Source: a virus
Taxonomy: Duplodnaviria; Caudoviricetes
Reading direction: 5' to 3' (one strand)
Virus record (IMG/VR): IMGVR_UViG_3300025803_000037
Coordinates: 1-36,305 of that record
DNA length: 36,305 nt
The stretch's first letter is position 1. Each line of letters opens with the position of its first letter. Shown piece by piece: positions 25,240-34,278 of the stretch. Both the position numbers and the translations under genes were made by a program. The notes under the pieces were generated by a model, which was not told where the DNA came from, did no database searches, and was given only the letters and a program-made list of their open reading frames with translations.

Positions 25240-26802
25240 TTATGCCCCTTCTGGCGGTGCCTCACCTTGTGGCATTTCACCGGCCTCTGCTTGCGCCGCC
25301 ATTTGGGCGGCTTCCATTGCTTGCTGCATCATCATCTCGCGCTCTTCTGGAGACGTGCGCAACTCAGCCGGGATGCCCAGCTTATCAGCAACATAATCTG
25401 CAATGCTGCCTGTCTTTACAGCCATTTGGCCTTCTGGGCCAAGGGCTGACGACATTTGCACCCACTGCATAATTTTTTCAATGTCACCCATATTTTGCGC
25501 TTGTGCAATCGGGCTTACCGGCGTGACCTTGACCTCAAGGCCATTGACGCGCAGCGGCATCTCAATCAAACCGCGCTCATCCATTACATATAAGATCCGC
25601 GCAATCATTGGCACCATAGTTTCGGTAATCAAACGACCGAAAGCGGAGCCAAGGTTCTGCGCCAGTTCTTTCATGCGTTCTGCAATCTCTGTCGCAGACC
25701 TTGCGCTCATATTGTCAGGCGGCAATGTGTCATCGAGCAGGATCTTCTTGACGTTCATACGCAGGTCATTGATGACAATCTGCGACACGTTAAAGTCGCC
25801 GGATCGTGGCATCTGACGCAGGCTCTCACCCTGTGGGCCACCATTACGCGCCACCGGGATAATCGCACCCGGCGCAATGCGGATTGCCTGCGGGTTTAAA
25901 ACACCGTCATCAGCGGCAGTGTAAACACCGGCAATCGACAAGCTGGCATTTTTAAGCAATAACTCTAGCGTTTTGTTTAGCGTCTTAATGTCTGGGATTG
26001 CAGTAACCAACGGCCCGCGACCATAGACCTCACCAGCTACTTTCATATAACGCGCCACGATCCAAGGGCTGGATTTCATGTAACGCTTCAATAGCTCGGC
26101 TTTGCCTTCCGGCCAAATGACGTGATAGCAAAACTCACCCATCTCAGGCTCATACAGTGTCGCCTCGATAAGCTCGATTTCTTCGGTTGGCTTTTCGTCA
26201 ATCATGCGCTGCATACGCTCTGGGATCTCGGCATCTTGCCAATGCTGGCTAATGGCTTCGCCCTTCATACGCATACGCCGGTAAACATTATCGACCTTGC
26301 CGTGTGCGCCCTCTTCAATGGCAACCAAATACTGCGGCACGGCAGTAAAGCGGATTGGGTTTAGTTCATCGCCGGGTTGGATCAGCATACAAGCCGTGCC
26401 AACTGCCAGATCTAGCAAGAACTCGCCCATAGCCAAATCAAAGTTAGATTGACGCAGCACACTAAACATTGTGTCGCTGTACATATCCAACGCCATTTGC
26501 GCTTCGATGCGCCGCTCTTCTGGGATTTCTACCCCCGGCTCTAAGCGGCACCACGGTGCATAAGGTGGGAATAACCCCGATTGAATGCGGTTGGCAAATC
26601 GCTGTGTTGCATTGATAGCTGTGCTATCGAACACGCGAACCATTTTGTTTTGCCCCGGAGAGCCACCGCCCTCGTAATAGCCATCATACAGATTGCGCTG
26701 TGGCAAGCCGAACTCATAACAATCTTCGTAAATCTGCCGCCAATTGTCTTTGCGGCGCTGCGCAATATCGTGACGTTTTAGGATTTCCTCAACACTACGC
26801 AT
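25240..26802 (-). CDS. Portal (head-tail connector) protein
   Basis: VFDSTA..A...FA..IQ.GL.PP..PW, GEVYGRGP and SATEI.ER..E....LG..FGRL motifs. Start placed at MRSVEE. Confidence 0.93.
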   Translation of the reverse strand: MRSVEEILKRHDIAQRRKDNWRQIYEDCYEFGLPQRNLYDGYYEGGGSPGQNKMVRVFDSTAINATQRFANRIQSGLFPPYAPWCRLEPGVEIPEERRIEAQMALDMYSDTMFSVLRQSNFDLAMGEFLLDLAVGTACMLIQPGDELNPIRFTAVPQYLVAIEEGAHGKVDNVYRRMRMKGEAISQHWQDAEIPERMQRMIDEKPTEEIELIEATLYEPEMGEFCYHVIWPEGKAELLKRYMKSSPWIVARYMKVAGEVYGRGPLVTAIPDIKTLNKTLELLLKNASLSIAGVYTAADDGVLNPQAIRIAPGAIIPVARNGGPQGESLRQMPRSGDFNVSQIVINDLRMNVKKILLDDTLPPDNMSARSATEIAERMKELAQNLGSAFGRLITETMVPMIARILYVMDERGLIEMPLRVNGLEVKVTPVSPIAQAQNMGDIEKIMQWVQMSSALGPEGQMAVKTGSIADYVADKLGIPAELRTSPEEREMMMQQAMEAAQMAAQAEAGEMPQGEAPPEGA

Positions 26803-27070
26803 TTTTCTTGTGCCTCTTCGCAAAGTTTCTGGCAGCTTGCTTTGACCTAAAGCCCCACGCACTCAACGCCTCTTTTAATCTGGTTGGCGATCCATCTGGT
26901 TTTGTCTCAGGGCCAGCCATACCGCCGAACCTGCCAGCAAAAGAAATACGGCGCGGCCCAGTGCCGGTTTTGACTGGACGTTTTAGGTTGCCGCCATCTT
27001 TAGCCTCGTGGTGCCTGCGACCGGCCTCGTTCAATCCACCGCCCGGAGCCTGATGCGCCTTCTTAGTCAC
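26795..27070 (-). CDS. Small basic phage protein
   Basis: GGLNEAGR...GGNLKRPV...RRISF..RFGGM. Overlaps neighbours. Confidence 0.7.
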   Translation of the reverse strand: MTKKAHQAPGGGLNEAGRRHHEAKDGGNLKRPVKTGTGPRRISFAGRFGGMAGPETKPDGSPTRLKEALSAWGFRSKQAARNFAKRHKKNA

Positions 27071-27224
27071 GCGCCGCCCTCATATTATCAACAAGGTTAG
27101 GGTATGGACGGCCAGCCTTTGCTGCGGCTCGCTGTGCCTTGCGCTTTTGTGCTGGGGTCAAACCCTTTGGCTTGCCCAAACCTTTTGGGCGCTTCTTATC
27201 CCAAACCTCTTTTTTCTTTTGCAT
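27063..27224 (-). CDS. Small basic protein (53 aa; not in ORF track)
   Basis: MQKKKEVWDKKRPKGLGKPKGLTPAQKRKAQRAAAKAGRPYPNLVDNMRAARD. Coupled at both ends. Confidence 0.7.
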   Translation of the reverse strand: MQKKKEVWDKKRPKGLGKPKGLTPAQKRKAQRAAAKAGRPYPNLVDNMRAARD

Positions 27225-27262
27225 TACTTACCGTAACCCTTACCTTTTTTCTTTGGCATCAT
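27224..27262 (-). CDS. Putative 12-aa basic micropeptide
   Basis: MMPKKKGKGYGK. AGGA upstream, TAATG overlap with the next gene, fills the gap exactly. Confidence 0.45.
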   Translation of the reverse strand: MMPKKKGKGYGK

Positions 27263-27263
27263 C

Positions 27264-27566
27264 TTATCCTAATGTTGTTTTGGTTTCTTCTTCTTGACCA
27301 CCGCCGCCTAGACGACCAGCCATCATTAGACCACGGCGACCAGCCCGGCGGGCGCGCCTCTTGGCCGCCTCTGTACGTTCAGCCCTCGTAACTCTACGCT
27401 CAGACGCAAGAGCCGTGGCAGTGGCTTTTTTAGCTTTATCTGTTGGATCGCGGCCTGCTTCAAGCGCGGCACCAGCTTTAACTAATGGCTGCACTATTTT
27501 AGGAACTTTTTTTATAAGCCCCGCAGATGTTGCAACTTTAGTAAAAATTTTTCCTACTGAACCCAT
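27264..27566 (-). CDS. Small basic virion-associated protein
   Basis: C-terminus ...TTLG resembles the adjacent gene. Lies between the GNAT gene and portal. Confidence 0.65.
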   Translation of the reverse strand: MGSVGKIFTKVATSAGLIKKVPKIVQPLVKAGAALEAGRDPTDKAKKATATALASERRVTRAERTEAAKRRARRAGRRGLMMAGRLGGGGQEEETKTTLG

Positions 27567-27570
27567 AATA

Positions 27571-27801
27571 CTATCCTAACGTTGTTTCATCTTCGTCTGC
27601 TGTGCCGCCGCGAATAGACGCCATCAGCATACGCCGACCGCCATACTGCCTAGCCCTGCGTTGCGCAGCAATCTTTCTGGCTTGACTTTCCTCTTGGGCT
27701 TCAATGCGTTTCTCTTGACGATCTTGTGCCTCGGTCACTTCCGGGGCAACTGCCGCCGCTGTCGGCATTACTACCTTTGGAGACTTAAAAAGAAAACTCA
27801 T
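27571..27801 (-). CDS. Small virion-associated protein
   Basis: MSFLFKSPK start, coiled coil, RRARQYGGRRML...TTLG end. Confidence 0.7.
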   Translation of the reverse strand: MSFLFKSPKVVMPTAAAVAPEVTEAQDRQEKRIEAQEESQARKIAAQRRARQYGGRRMLMASIRGGTADEDETTLG

Positions 27802-28268
27802 TTGTAAATCCTTGAGAACATCATGTAATCAAAACCGCCCGGCCCATACTTGCGGAGCAGCCCTTCTGGTTGGAATTTTAACACCTTTGCCCACCGCATC
27901 GCAAGCTCGTTTTCTACATCAACCGTGATCTGTAATCTTTTTAATTTATGTTTTGTAGAAAACTTATCAAAGTATCTAATAGCTGCTCGCGTTACTGTTA
28001 AAGATATATTAGGAAGTTCAACAGATGTTATCATCCAAGCCTCTGCCACCCCCGGCCACAACACGTTGCAGCCAGCACAGCAAACAATTCGGCCTTTCCA
28101 CATTGCTGTGATTGCGTCACCCTCGGCTTGAAACGCTTTGAGCATATCCTGATAATTAGGCACATACTGGAAAACCTTTTTATCATGCTCGCGCAAATCA
28201 GCCGCATAGGGGTGCGCCCAGTGAAACGGCACAATCCGAAACTTTTTGTTTGTCGTTATGTCAATCAA
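27798..28268 (-). CDS. GNAT-fold acetyltransferase-like protein
   Basis: LWPGVAEAW and RLQITV...N..A.RW...L.F..EG.LRKYG motifs. Confidence 0.75.
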   Translation of the reverse strand: MIDITTNKKFRIVPFHWAHPYAADLREHDKKVFQYVPNYQDMLKAFQAEGDAITAMWKGRIVCCAGCNVLWPGVAEAWMITSVELPNISLTVTRAAIRYFDKFSTKHKLKRLQITVDVENELAMRWAKVLKFQPEGLLRKYGPGGFDYMMFSRIYK

Positions 28269-29818
28269 AATATATTAAAATCCATATTAGCAGTGGCCTG
28301 TTTAAACTGATTGCTAAACTGGCTGTTGCGCGTAATGTTCCGCACCTCGCCAGCCCCAAGCATCAAATAGCCAAATGCGTCACCAACGTGCGAGTGTTGG
28401 TTTTTATTTGCCACATCGCGGAACCGTTCCTGACCAGCGCCAACAGCCATACGTTTAAAGTGATAACCACCAGCCAGCGACTTGCGCGTTTTAACACAAG
28501 AGCGATTAACCAGCAGGCCGGGCTTGCCGTCAATCAGCCTATTCATTGGCATAGCACCAGCTTCACGCCGAACCATAAAATCGTTGGTGCTGGTTGGCCT
28601 AGCATGTAAGCCCATAGTTCGCAAATGCTCAAACGCCGTTACCTCAAATATCTCGTCACGTTTTACACCAGCCGGATCACCCCAGATCAACACGTCTGAC
28701 TTTGGAAAGTGCTGCTGTATGTCAGCCAGCAGGTGATGGCAAAACCGCTCCAGACCCATATCAAAGGCCACCAGTTCATGCACAACGTGCCACCGCCCAT
28801 TCTGCATCTTCTGCCCAAAGACAGCCGCCGGCGTCAAACCAAAGTCAAGCCCAATGTGAACCGGCCAACCTTCCTCGATATGCACGTCAGCCGACATCAT
28901 ACTATCAACGAACTCGTGCCAGACCGGCTTGCCATCCTGCACATAAACATACTTAGCCCCGGCATAACATTGTATCCAGTCAATGGTCTTGCCCGCTAAC
29001 TGCTGCTCGTAATATCCGGGCGGCAAATTATTTACGTTCTCAGCCGCCGGGTTATTAATCCAATATTTATCAGCCGAGAATATAGCATCCTCGTGTTCTT
29101 TGGTTCCCTCAATAACTCCGCCGGGCTGCTTATAAAACTTCCAAGGATACTTTCCGCGAATAGGATTTTTCTCAGCCAACTGATGCCACCAGTGGTCACT
29201 ATCCATTGGGTTGGTACTCATCCACACGCCGCGCCAAGTGCAACCGCCATTCGCCCTAGTCGGGAAACGACCGACACGCGATGTCAAGCCATCAACCACC
29301 GCCTTTGGCAATTCCCTGGCCTCATCTATGAAGCCGCCGGTTAATTCTAAGGAAAGCAATTTACGAACATCACGCGGCTGATCCAACGCCAAGAAAATCA
29401 CCTCACAATCAAGCCCAGCCGCGCCATCACGCGGCGGCAGCTTGATGTGATGTGTAATAGGCGGCGACCAGCGCATTGGCCCCCACACATTCTCAGGGAA
29501 TAATTCCTGCCACGTCTTAATCGTGGTCGTGCGTAGTTCCGGGTAGCTGTTCCTGATAACTGCAAACCGAGTATATCTGATCCCATCTATCGGTGATGGT
29601 TCCTGCTTCACCGCCCGCAACATCACTTCCGCTAACGAACCGAATGTTTTGCCAGATCCTACTGGCCCCATTAGACCACGCACAAAGCTGTCGTCTTGCA
29701 AAAATTCCCATACGGTCGGACTTTCCGAAAAATCTAAATTCAACCCCGCCAAAGCCTCAGTGGTTGGCTGCTTCCTGCGCCGGGGTGATCTGTCTGTTGC
29801 TGCTCTAGCTCGCGCCAT
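28265..29818 (-). CDS. terL: Terminase large subunit
   Basis: Walker A GPVGSGKT, Walker B FIDEARE, STNP, nuclease motifs GLDFGLTP and SHVGDA. Confidence 0.95.
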   Translation of the reverse strand: MARARAATDRSPRRRKQPTTEALAGLNLDFSESPTVWEFLQDDSFVRGLMGPVGSGKTFGSLAEVMLRAVKQEPSPIDGIRYTRFAVIRNSYPELRTTTIKTWQELFPENVWGPMRWSPPITHHIKLPPRDGAAGLDCEVIFLALDQPRDVRKLLSLELTGGFIDEARELPKAVVDGLTSRVGRFPTRANGGCTWRGVWMSTNPMDSDHWWHQLAEKNPIRGKYPWKFYKQPGGVIEGTKEHEDAIFSADKYWINNPAAENVNNLPPGYYEQQLAGKTIDWIQCYAGAKYVYVQDGKPVWHEFVDSMMSADVHIEEGWPVHIGLDFGLTPAAVFGQKMQNGRWHVVHELVAFDMGLERFCHHLLADIQQHFPKSDVLIWGDPAGVKRDEIFEVTAFEHLRTMGLHARPTSTNDFMVRREAGAMPMNRLIDGKPGLLVNRSCVKTRKSLAGGYHFKRMAVGAGQERFRDVANKNQHSHVGDAFGYLMLGAGEVRNITRNSQFSNQFKQATANMDFNIF

Positions 29819-30029
29819 CATAATCCTCTGGGTCAAAAATAATAGTAGTTTCTCCAGCATAATCATCGCTGGTTAATTCAAGCATAGGCCCGCTGCACAC
29901 CGTGCAAACAATAGCCTCACCGCCATCATATACCCGGCCTCTCGTCAACTGATTACAATAGCCGCACAAAATATCGTTCTTAAAAAACCTGACGCTAATA
30001 TAATCCTTCATGTCGATGACCTTACCCAT
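29805..30029 (-). CDS. Small zinc-ribbon protein
   Basis: CGYC and CTVC pairs. Start uncertain. Confidence 0.6.
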   Translation of the reverse strand: MGKVIDMKDYISVRFFKNDILCGYCNQLTRGRVYDGGEAIVCTVCSGPMLELTSDDYAGETTIIFDPEDYDGAS

Positions 30030-30423
30030 CGTCACCATCAATCTCGACAATCTTCGCAGTCGGCCCAGTGATGTTAATGCCAATCATGCTAGGCTTCTGA
30101 TCATTCGCATTCGGCTCTAACAACCCGCGATGCTTCGCCAATAGCCGCAACGCCGACAACTTGTCGTGCATCTCAACCTCGATCTGATTGCCAAACTGAT
30201 TGGGCGTGACCTTGACCTTCTTAACCGACCGCCGGGCGCGATCCGACAACTGATCGCTCGGCGTCAGCGTCACCCTGCCCATATCATCCCACTGAATAAC
30301 GTCAGTCGCCTCACCAGCGCCAATGGCCTCTAGCTCTTGCACCACCGCTTCACGCCGAGCCTCATCGGATGAAGCCAGTGCTGCTCGCTGCTGCCTAATC
30401 GTTGGCGTTGTTTTGTCTGACAT
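30022..30423 (-). CDS. terS: Terminase small subunit (probable)
   Basis: V.QEL.AI and IEVEMHDKLSALRLLAKHRG motifs, just upstream of terL. Confidence 0.7.
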   Translation of the reverse strand: MSDKTTPTIRQQRAALASSDEARREAVVQELEAIGAGEATDVIQWDDMGRVTLTPSDQLSDRARRSVKKVKVTPNQFGNQIEVEMHDKLSALRLLAKHRGLLEPNANDQKPSMIGINITGPTAKIVEIDGDDG

Positions 30424-30676
30424 GCAAACACTCCGATCCAGTTGCGGCATAGCCAGCTAGATCCACCCAGCTATCCTGATGATCCGGCGTGGCCGCTAAC
30501 CTAGCCAACTTTACCCCGGCCATCATCATAGCCACATGCTCCGGCTCAATCTGTATGCCAATAAGCGCCGTCCAAATAATAGCAATGCGCTCGTGGTTTT
30601 CCCAAATGCTGCCGTAATCCTCGCCACGATCAGCGACAGTTTCCTTGGCGGCATCTAATAACTCGTATCTGTTCAT
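30395..30676 (-). CDS. DUF6378-like small phage protein
   Basis: DRGEDYG...N.ERIA..W...VAMMM..VKLAR...H.DSWVDLAGYA signature. Confidence 0.75.
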   Translation of the reverse strand: MNRYELLDAAKETVADRGEDYGSIWENHERIAIIWTALIGIQIEPEHVAMMMAGVKLARLAATPDHQDSWVDLAGYAATGSECLHVRQNNAND

Positions 30677-30840
30677 CCTTCGGTGTCTCCCTTAACGTCA
30701 ATAATTTTTAAGCTGCAAGCAGTGCATTCATATTCGCGCTTATGCTTCTCATCGCGCACAACCCTTATTGCGCTGCGACAGCGCGGGCATTGCCGGTTGG
30801 TTAGCTTTCGCTCAAAAGAGCCATCGCCCTCATAAATCAT
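30673..30840 (-). CDS. Small zinc-ribbon protein
   Basis: CPRC and CTAC pairs. Start MIYEGD behind AGGAG. Confidence 0.6.
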   Translation of the reverse strand: MIYEGDGSFERKLTNRQCPRCRSAIRVVRDEKHKREYECTACSLKIIDVKGDTEG

Positions 30841-31081
30841 CGGCCACTCCTGTTCCCCCACAAGAATAGCACGATGTCCACTGGACGCAACCATAGCCAT
30901 CCGGCTCGCGGATCATGCCACGGTCGCAGTCGCGGCAAGGTTTGGGGCGAAAATTTTGTGTGACACCCCCATCGATAAGCGGAGAGGGGCGGGGGGCAAG
31001 GGGTCGCTTTTGCTGTGGCCGGGTATCGTCATCGACCGCGCTGTACACCGACAAACCAACGTCTGTTGCGCTGTACATCAC
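30830..31081 (-). CDS. Small Zn-finger protein (DnaJ-like CxxCxGxG)
   Basis: CRDCDRG and CYSCGGTG motifs. Confidence 0.55.
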   Translation of the reverse strand: MMYSATDVGLSVYSAVDDDTRPQQKRPLAPRPSPLIDGGVTQNFRPKPCRDCDRGMIREPDGYGCVQWTSCYSCGGTGVADDL

Positions 31082-31734
31082 GACATCGCCTGCGCAACAT
31101 CGTAGAGCGATGGCACCCCTGCCCTGCGTTCAAGCGCAGCATCGCAGGTGTTCAGCGTTGCTGCCCTCACATCAGCCGCAGTAAAGCCAGCAGCAGACAG
31201 CCGCCGTGCGTGTGCTATCTCGTTGTCATACATCCTGACCTGACCTGTCGCCTGTTGCACGGCGCTGATGTAAGTGTGGGTGATGGCCTCGGCGACCGGG
31301 TCATCGGGTGTGTGAGAGACTGATTGTAAATCCCCCAGACCCCCTGTTTCCTTTATGGATGCGTCATCTTGGTCAGCCACAAGCTGCAATGGCTTGGCGT
31401 TGTGTATCTCTTCATATGTTGGCAACGCCTCGTCACCATCCCACAGCACCTGATACCTGTTGCTTTTCCAGCCACTTGCTGTCTCTTGGTAATCCTTCGG
31501 CTGCAACTGCCTGACGTACCGCTTGCGCTTCAACACCTTCATCGCTGCGTGTATCGTCACACGCTCTGCATAGCCTGTCACGGCGCACAATGTTTCCATT
31601 GACGGCCAACATACACCAGCCGCATTAGTGTGGATGCACAAAGCGCCTAACACCCGCAACTCGCGTTCCTTTAACTCGCGGTCATTGACGGCTCGTGACG
31701 GCATCACCGACCATTTCCTAAAAAGGGATTTCAT
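31078..31734 (-). CDS. Winged-HTH replication-initiator-like protein
   Basis: ELRVLGALC.HTN..G.CWPSMETL......TI..AMK.L...Y and SNRY motifs. Confidence 0.75.
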   Translation of the reverse strand: MKSLFRKWSVMPSRAVNDRELKERELRVLGALCIHTNAAGVCWPSMETLCAVTGYAERVTIHAAMKVLKRKRYVRQLQPKDYQETASGWKSNRYQVLWDGDEALPTYEEIHNAKPLQLVADQDDASIKETGGLGDLQSVSHTPDDPVAEAITHTYISAVQQATGQVRMYDNEIAHARRLSAAGFTAADVRAATLNTCDAALERRAGVPSLYDVAQAMS

Positions 31735-32287
31735 CGTTCAGTTCCTTTTCAATTCTTGTCCTTACCTTTTCAACAGCGGCACCCGGCCACATCTCTTTGG
31801 CTATGTCAGCCACTTGCCCAGCCTTGTCCTTGCGCCAGCCTGACACGATAGCTGCGATCTCATCAACACTATAGACCACCATCTCTCTATGCTCTTTCGC
31901 CACCTTACCGGCCTCATAGCCATTGCGCGTAATCGCCAGCACCTTGCCATCATCCATTGCCGCTTCCCAATAGTCACCACTCAACGGTTCATGCCCGGCA
32001 GCGATAGCAGCCTGCTCAAGCGCAGCCAATCCCCGCAATGTCACCGACACCTGATGCTCGACATCGTGCTGATCATCAATGGCCTTGTTCAACAGATCCA
32101 TCTGCGCTTCAAACCTGCCACGCAATCCCTCTGCCACCAGCCAGGGCAATCTATCAATGCCCCACTTTGCTTCCATTGCTGTTGCGGCTCGATCATATTC
32201 ATGCAGCGCATCCTGCATCCGGCGCATTGCCATCTGACTAGGCGCATAGTATTGCTTGCTTGGTTTTGGTACTTGTTTGCCCTTCAT
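31718..32287 (-). CDS. Hypothetical protein
   Basis: 189 aa, GGAGAGG RBS, acidic-aromatic tail LNDEIPF. Confidence 0.75.
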   Translation of the reverse strand: MKGKQVPKPSKQYYAPSQMAMRRMQDALHEYDRAATAMEAKWGIDRLPWLVAEGLRGRFEAQMDLLNKAIDDQHDVEHQVSVTLRGLAALEQAAIAAGHEPLSGDYWEAAMDDGKVLAITRNGYEAGKVAKEHREMVVYSVDEIAAIVSGWRKDKAGQVADIAKEMWPGAAVEKVRTRIEKELNDEIPF

Positions 32288-32304
32288 TTTACCTCTCCTA
32301 AACG

Positions 32305-32395
32305 TAGGGTGGGATGGTAGGGTGTGATCTAAAGATCATCACACCCCACCCACCTGTGCCGAAACGTGCGATATAGGTGGGATGGTCACCCCACA
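32305..32395. repeat. Direct and inverted repeat cluster (candidate replication origin)
   Basis: GGTGGGATGGT at 32308-32318 and 32376-32386. Inverted arms GGTGGG..GGGTGTGA / TCACACCC-CACCCACC around TGATCTAAAGATCA. Confidence 0.5.
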
Positions 32396-32397
32396 TT

Positions 32398-34197
32398 TTA
32401 CGCTAACCCCTTGTTAATCCACACTTTGCCCTCATGCACTGTCACCACACCCTTGTCCTGCAAGCCCTGCCGCGCATCCTTTCGCTGTCCGGGCGTTAAA
32501 TCGGGTGATTTGACCTTGTGCGCCTCATGCCATTGGCTCACTGACAAGGCATCTGTCGTTAGTTTTATCAGCGTATTTTGCAGCGATTGGAATGCGTGTT
32601 GCTGCCTCGCCGACAGGTTTTGTTTCTTTGTTGCACCCTGCGCCTCAATGGGTTTCATCACGATGCTGGTGTCGTCAACCAATGCCACTGGCGTCATCTC
32701 AAACGTGATCTTGTCGATTGGCTCTGCATCCTTTTGCTTATCCATTGACAACGCCACGATGCTTTCGGCCTTGCCCACCGCCAGCACAGTATCAGCGGCA
32801 CCAGCCAGTGCCGAGCTACCGCGCATAGAGTTGATGCCCCGGCTCGCATCCTTGCCAGCGTGATGTATTGCCAACAAGCCGCAGCCGGTGTGATGCTTTA
32901 CCGCGTCACAGCCCCTGATGAATGACGACATATCTGTGGCGCTGTTCTCTTCGCCGGTCATGCTGCGAGCCACAGTGTCAATCACTAGGCAGCTAAACTG
33001 CTCATCAAGGCTGTCAATAGTACGCAGCAGCTTGTCGATGCTTTCCTCGTCCATCATATCAACGGCCATAGGCAGGACGCGCAGCAAGCCGGTATCCTCA
33101 ACCTGATTGTGCAGCTTCCACGCCTTGACGCGCTTTCCCAGCCCGCCAACGCCCTCACCGGCAATGTACAGCACAACGCCCTGCCTAGTCTGCCTGCCGT
33201 GCCACGCCAAGCCGTGTGACATACACAATGCCATATCAATAGCTATGAATGACTTGCCAGTGCCGGGGGCGCCATACATGACGCTGAAACCGTGCTTAGT
33301 TAGTACATCGTCAATCATCCACTCAACTGGCGGCATCGTCATTAGGTAATGCTCATCATACAGCGGGTAAATGTCAGGCTTGACATCTGGCGCTGTCTCA
33401 ACCACTGGCGCTTGACGTGCTAGTTCAAGCAATACCTTCTTGCCGTTGCCTGCTGCCAGCCAATCAGCCACGTCACCCTTGTGCGGCAGGTTTGGCAAAT
33501 CCAGACGCTTGATCTTGTCCACCGTGCCGTGCAGCGCCGCTATCACTGTGTCTGCGTGTGCTTGCCCGGCCTCATCGTTGTCGGGCAGCACTACGACATT
33601 GCGATCAGCGAAATACTGCGCTAGCTCCGGCTTCCAGTTCTTTGAGCCGCCACTGTTTGTCGTGGCGATCAGGCCAAGCTCGATCAGTGCATCGGCGCAT
33701 TTCTCGCCCTCAACAATAAACACTGGCGCTTGTGGATTAGTCACGATGGCTGGCAGGTTATATGGCAGCGGGTCAATGTCTTTGATGCTGTTGATCCAGC
33801 CACCGCTGTTATCCGGGCGTCTTTGTCTGAATGTCTTGGGGTTATCGAACCGCAATACCTGATAGGCCAACACGCCATCGCTGTCATAATAATCATAAGC
33901 GCGAGACATCTTCGGCGTCACTGGCAGGGCTCTTTGTTGCTGCTTGCTGATGCCAAACTTTCGCTCTAGCACGTCAGGTATGTTGCCGTTGATGCTGGCT
34001 GGCTCGTTTGCCTTCACCATATCAATTACACCGCCGGATTCCCCAGTCTCAAAATTACTCCAAACGCCTTTGCGCGTACAAACCGACAGGCTGCCGTGTG
34101 TACCCCAACGCAATTCTGTGCCTTTTGACAGGCGCGGGTTTGGCTCACCCCAGTAATGGCGGGCAACCTGTTCTATATATGCTGCTATGTTTGTCAT
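32398..34197 (-). CDS. Primase-helicase (TOPRIM plus RepA/AAA_25-type helicase)
   Basis: IVEGEKCAD and PDNDEAG TOPRIM motifs, Walker A GAPGTGKS, LVIDT, IHHAGK and RGSSAL. Confidence 0.92.
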   Translation of the reverse strand: MTNIAAYIEQVARHYWGEPNPRLSKGTELRWGTHGSLSVCTRKGVWSNFETGESGGVIDMVKANEPASINGNIPDVLERKFGISKQQQRALPVTPKMSRAYDYYDSDGVLAYQVLRFDNPKTFRQRRPDNSGGWINSIKDIDPLPYNLPAIVTNPQAPVFIVEGEKCADALIELGLIATTNSGGSKNWKPELAQYFADRNVVVLPDNDEAGQAHADTVIAALHGTVDKIKRLDLPNLPHKGDVADWLAAGNGKKVLLELARQAPVVETAPDVKPDIYPLYDEHYLMTMPPVEWMIDDVLTKHGFSVMYGAPGTGKSFIAIDMALCMSHGLAWHGRQTRQGVVLYIAGEGVGGLGKRVKAWKLHNQVEDTGLLRVLPMAVDMMDEESIDKLLRTIDSLDEQFSCLVIDTVARSMTGEENSATDMSSFIRGCDAVKHHTGCGLLAIHHAGKDASRGINSMRGSSALAGAADTVLAVGKAESIVALSMDKQKDAEPIDKITFEMTPVALVDDTSIVMKPIEAQGATKKQNLSARQQHAFQSLQNTLIKLTTDALSVSQWHEAHKVKSPDLTPGQRKDARQGLQDKGVVTVHEGKVWINKGLA

Positions 34198-34228
34198 CTC
34201 ATTACCCCAATCCCTTGCCCCTTAAAGC

Positions 34229-34269
34229 GTGACCGGCGGCAGCCAAGGGAGGAAACCGCCGCCGATCAC
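34229..34269 (-). promoter_or_regulatory. Long GC hairpin with anti-SD-like loop between SSB-like and primase genes
   Basis: Minus strand GTGATCGGCGGCGGTT-TCCTCCCTT-GGCTGCCGCCGGTCAC. Confidence 0.6.
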
Positions 34270-34278
34270 TAACCGCCG

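Noticed and set aside
26803-26862. Longer ORF-track starts for portal (also terL, terS, YqaJ and 5924..6469)
   Set aside because: The extensions overlap upstream genes. Downstream ATGs fit RBS or translational coupling better.
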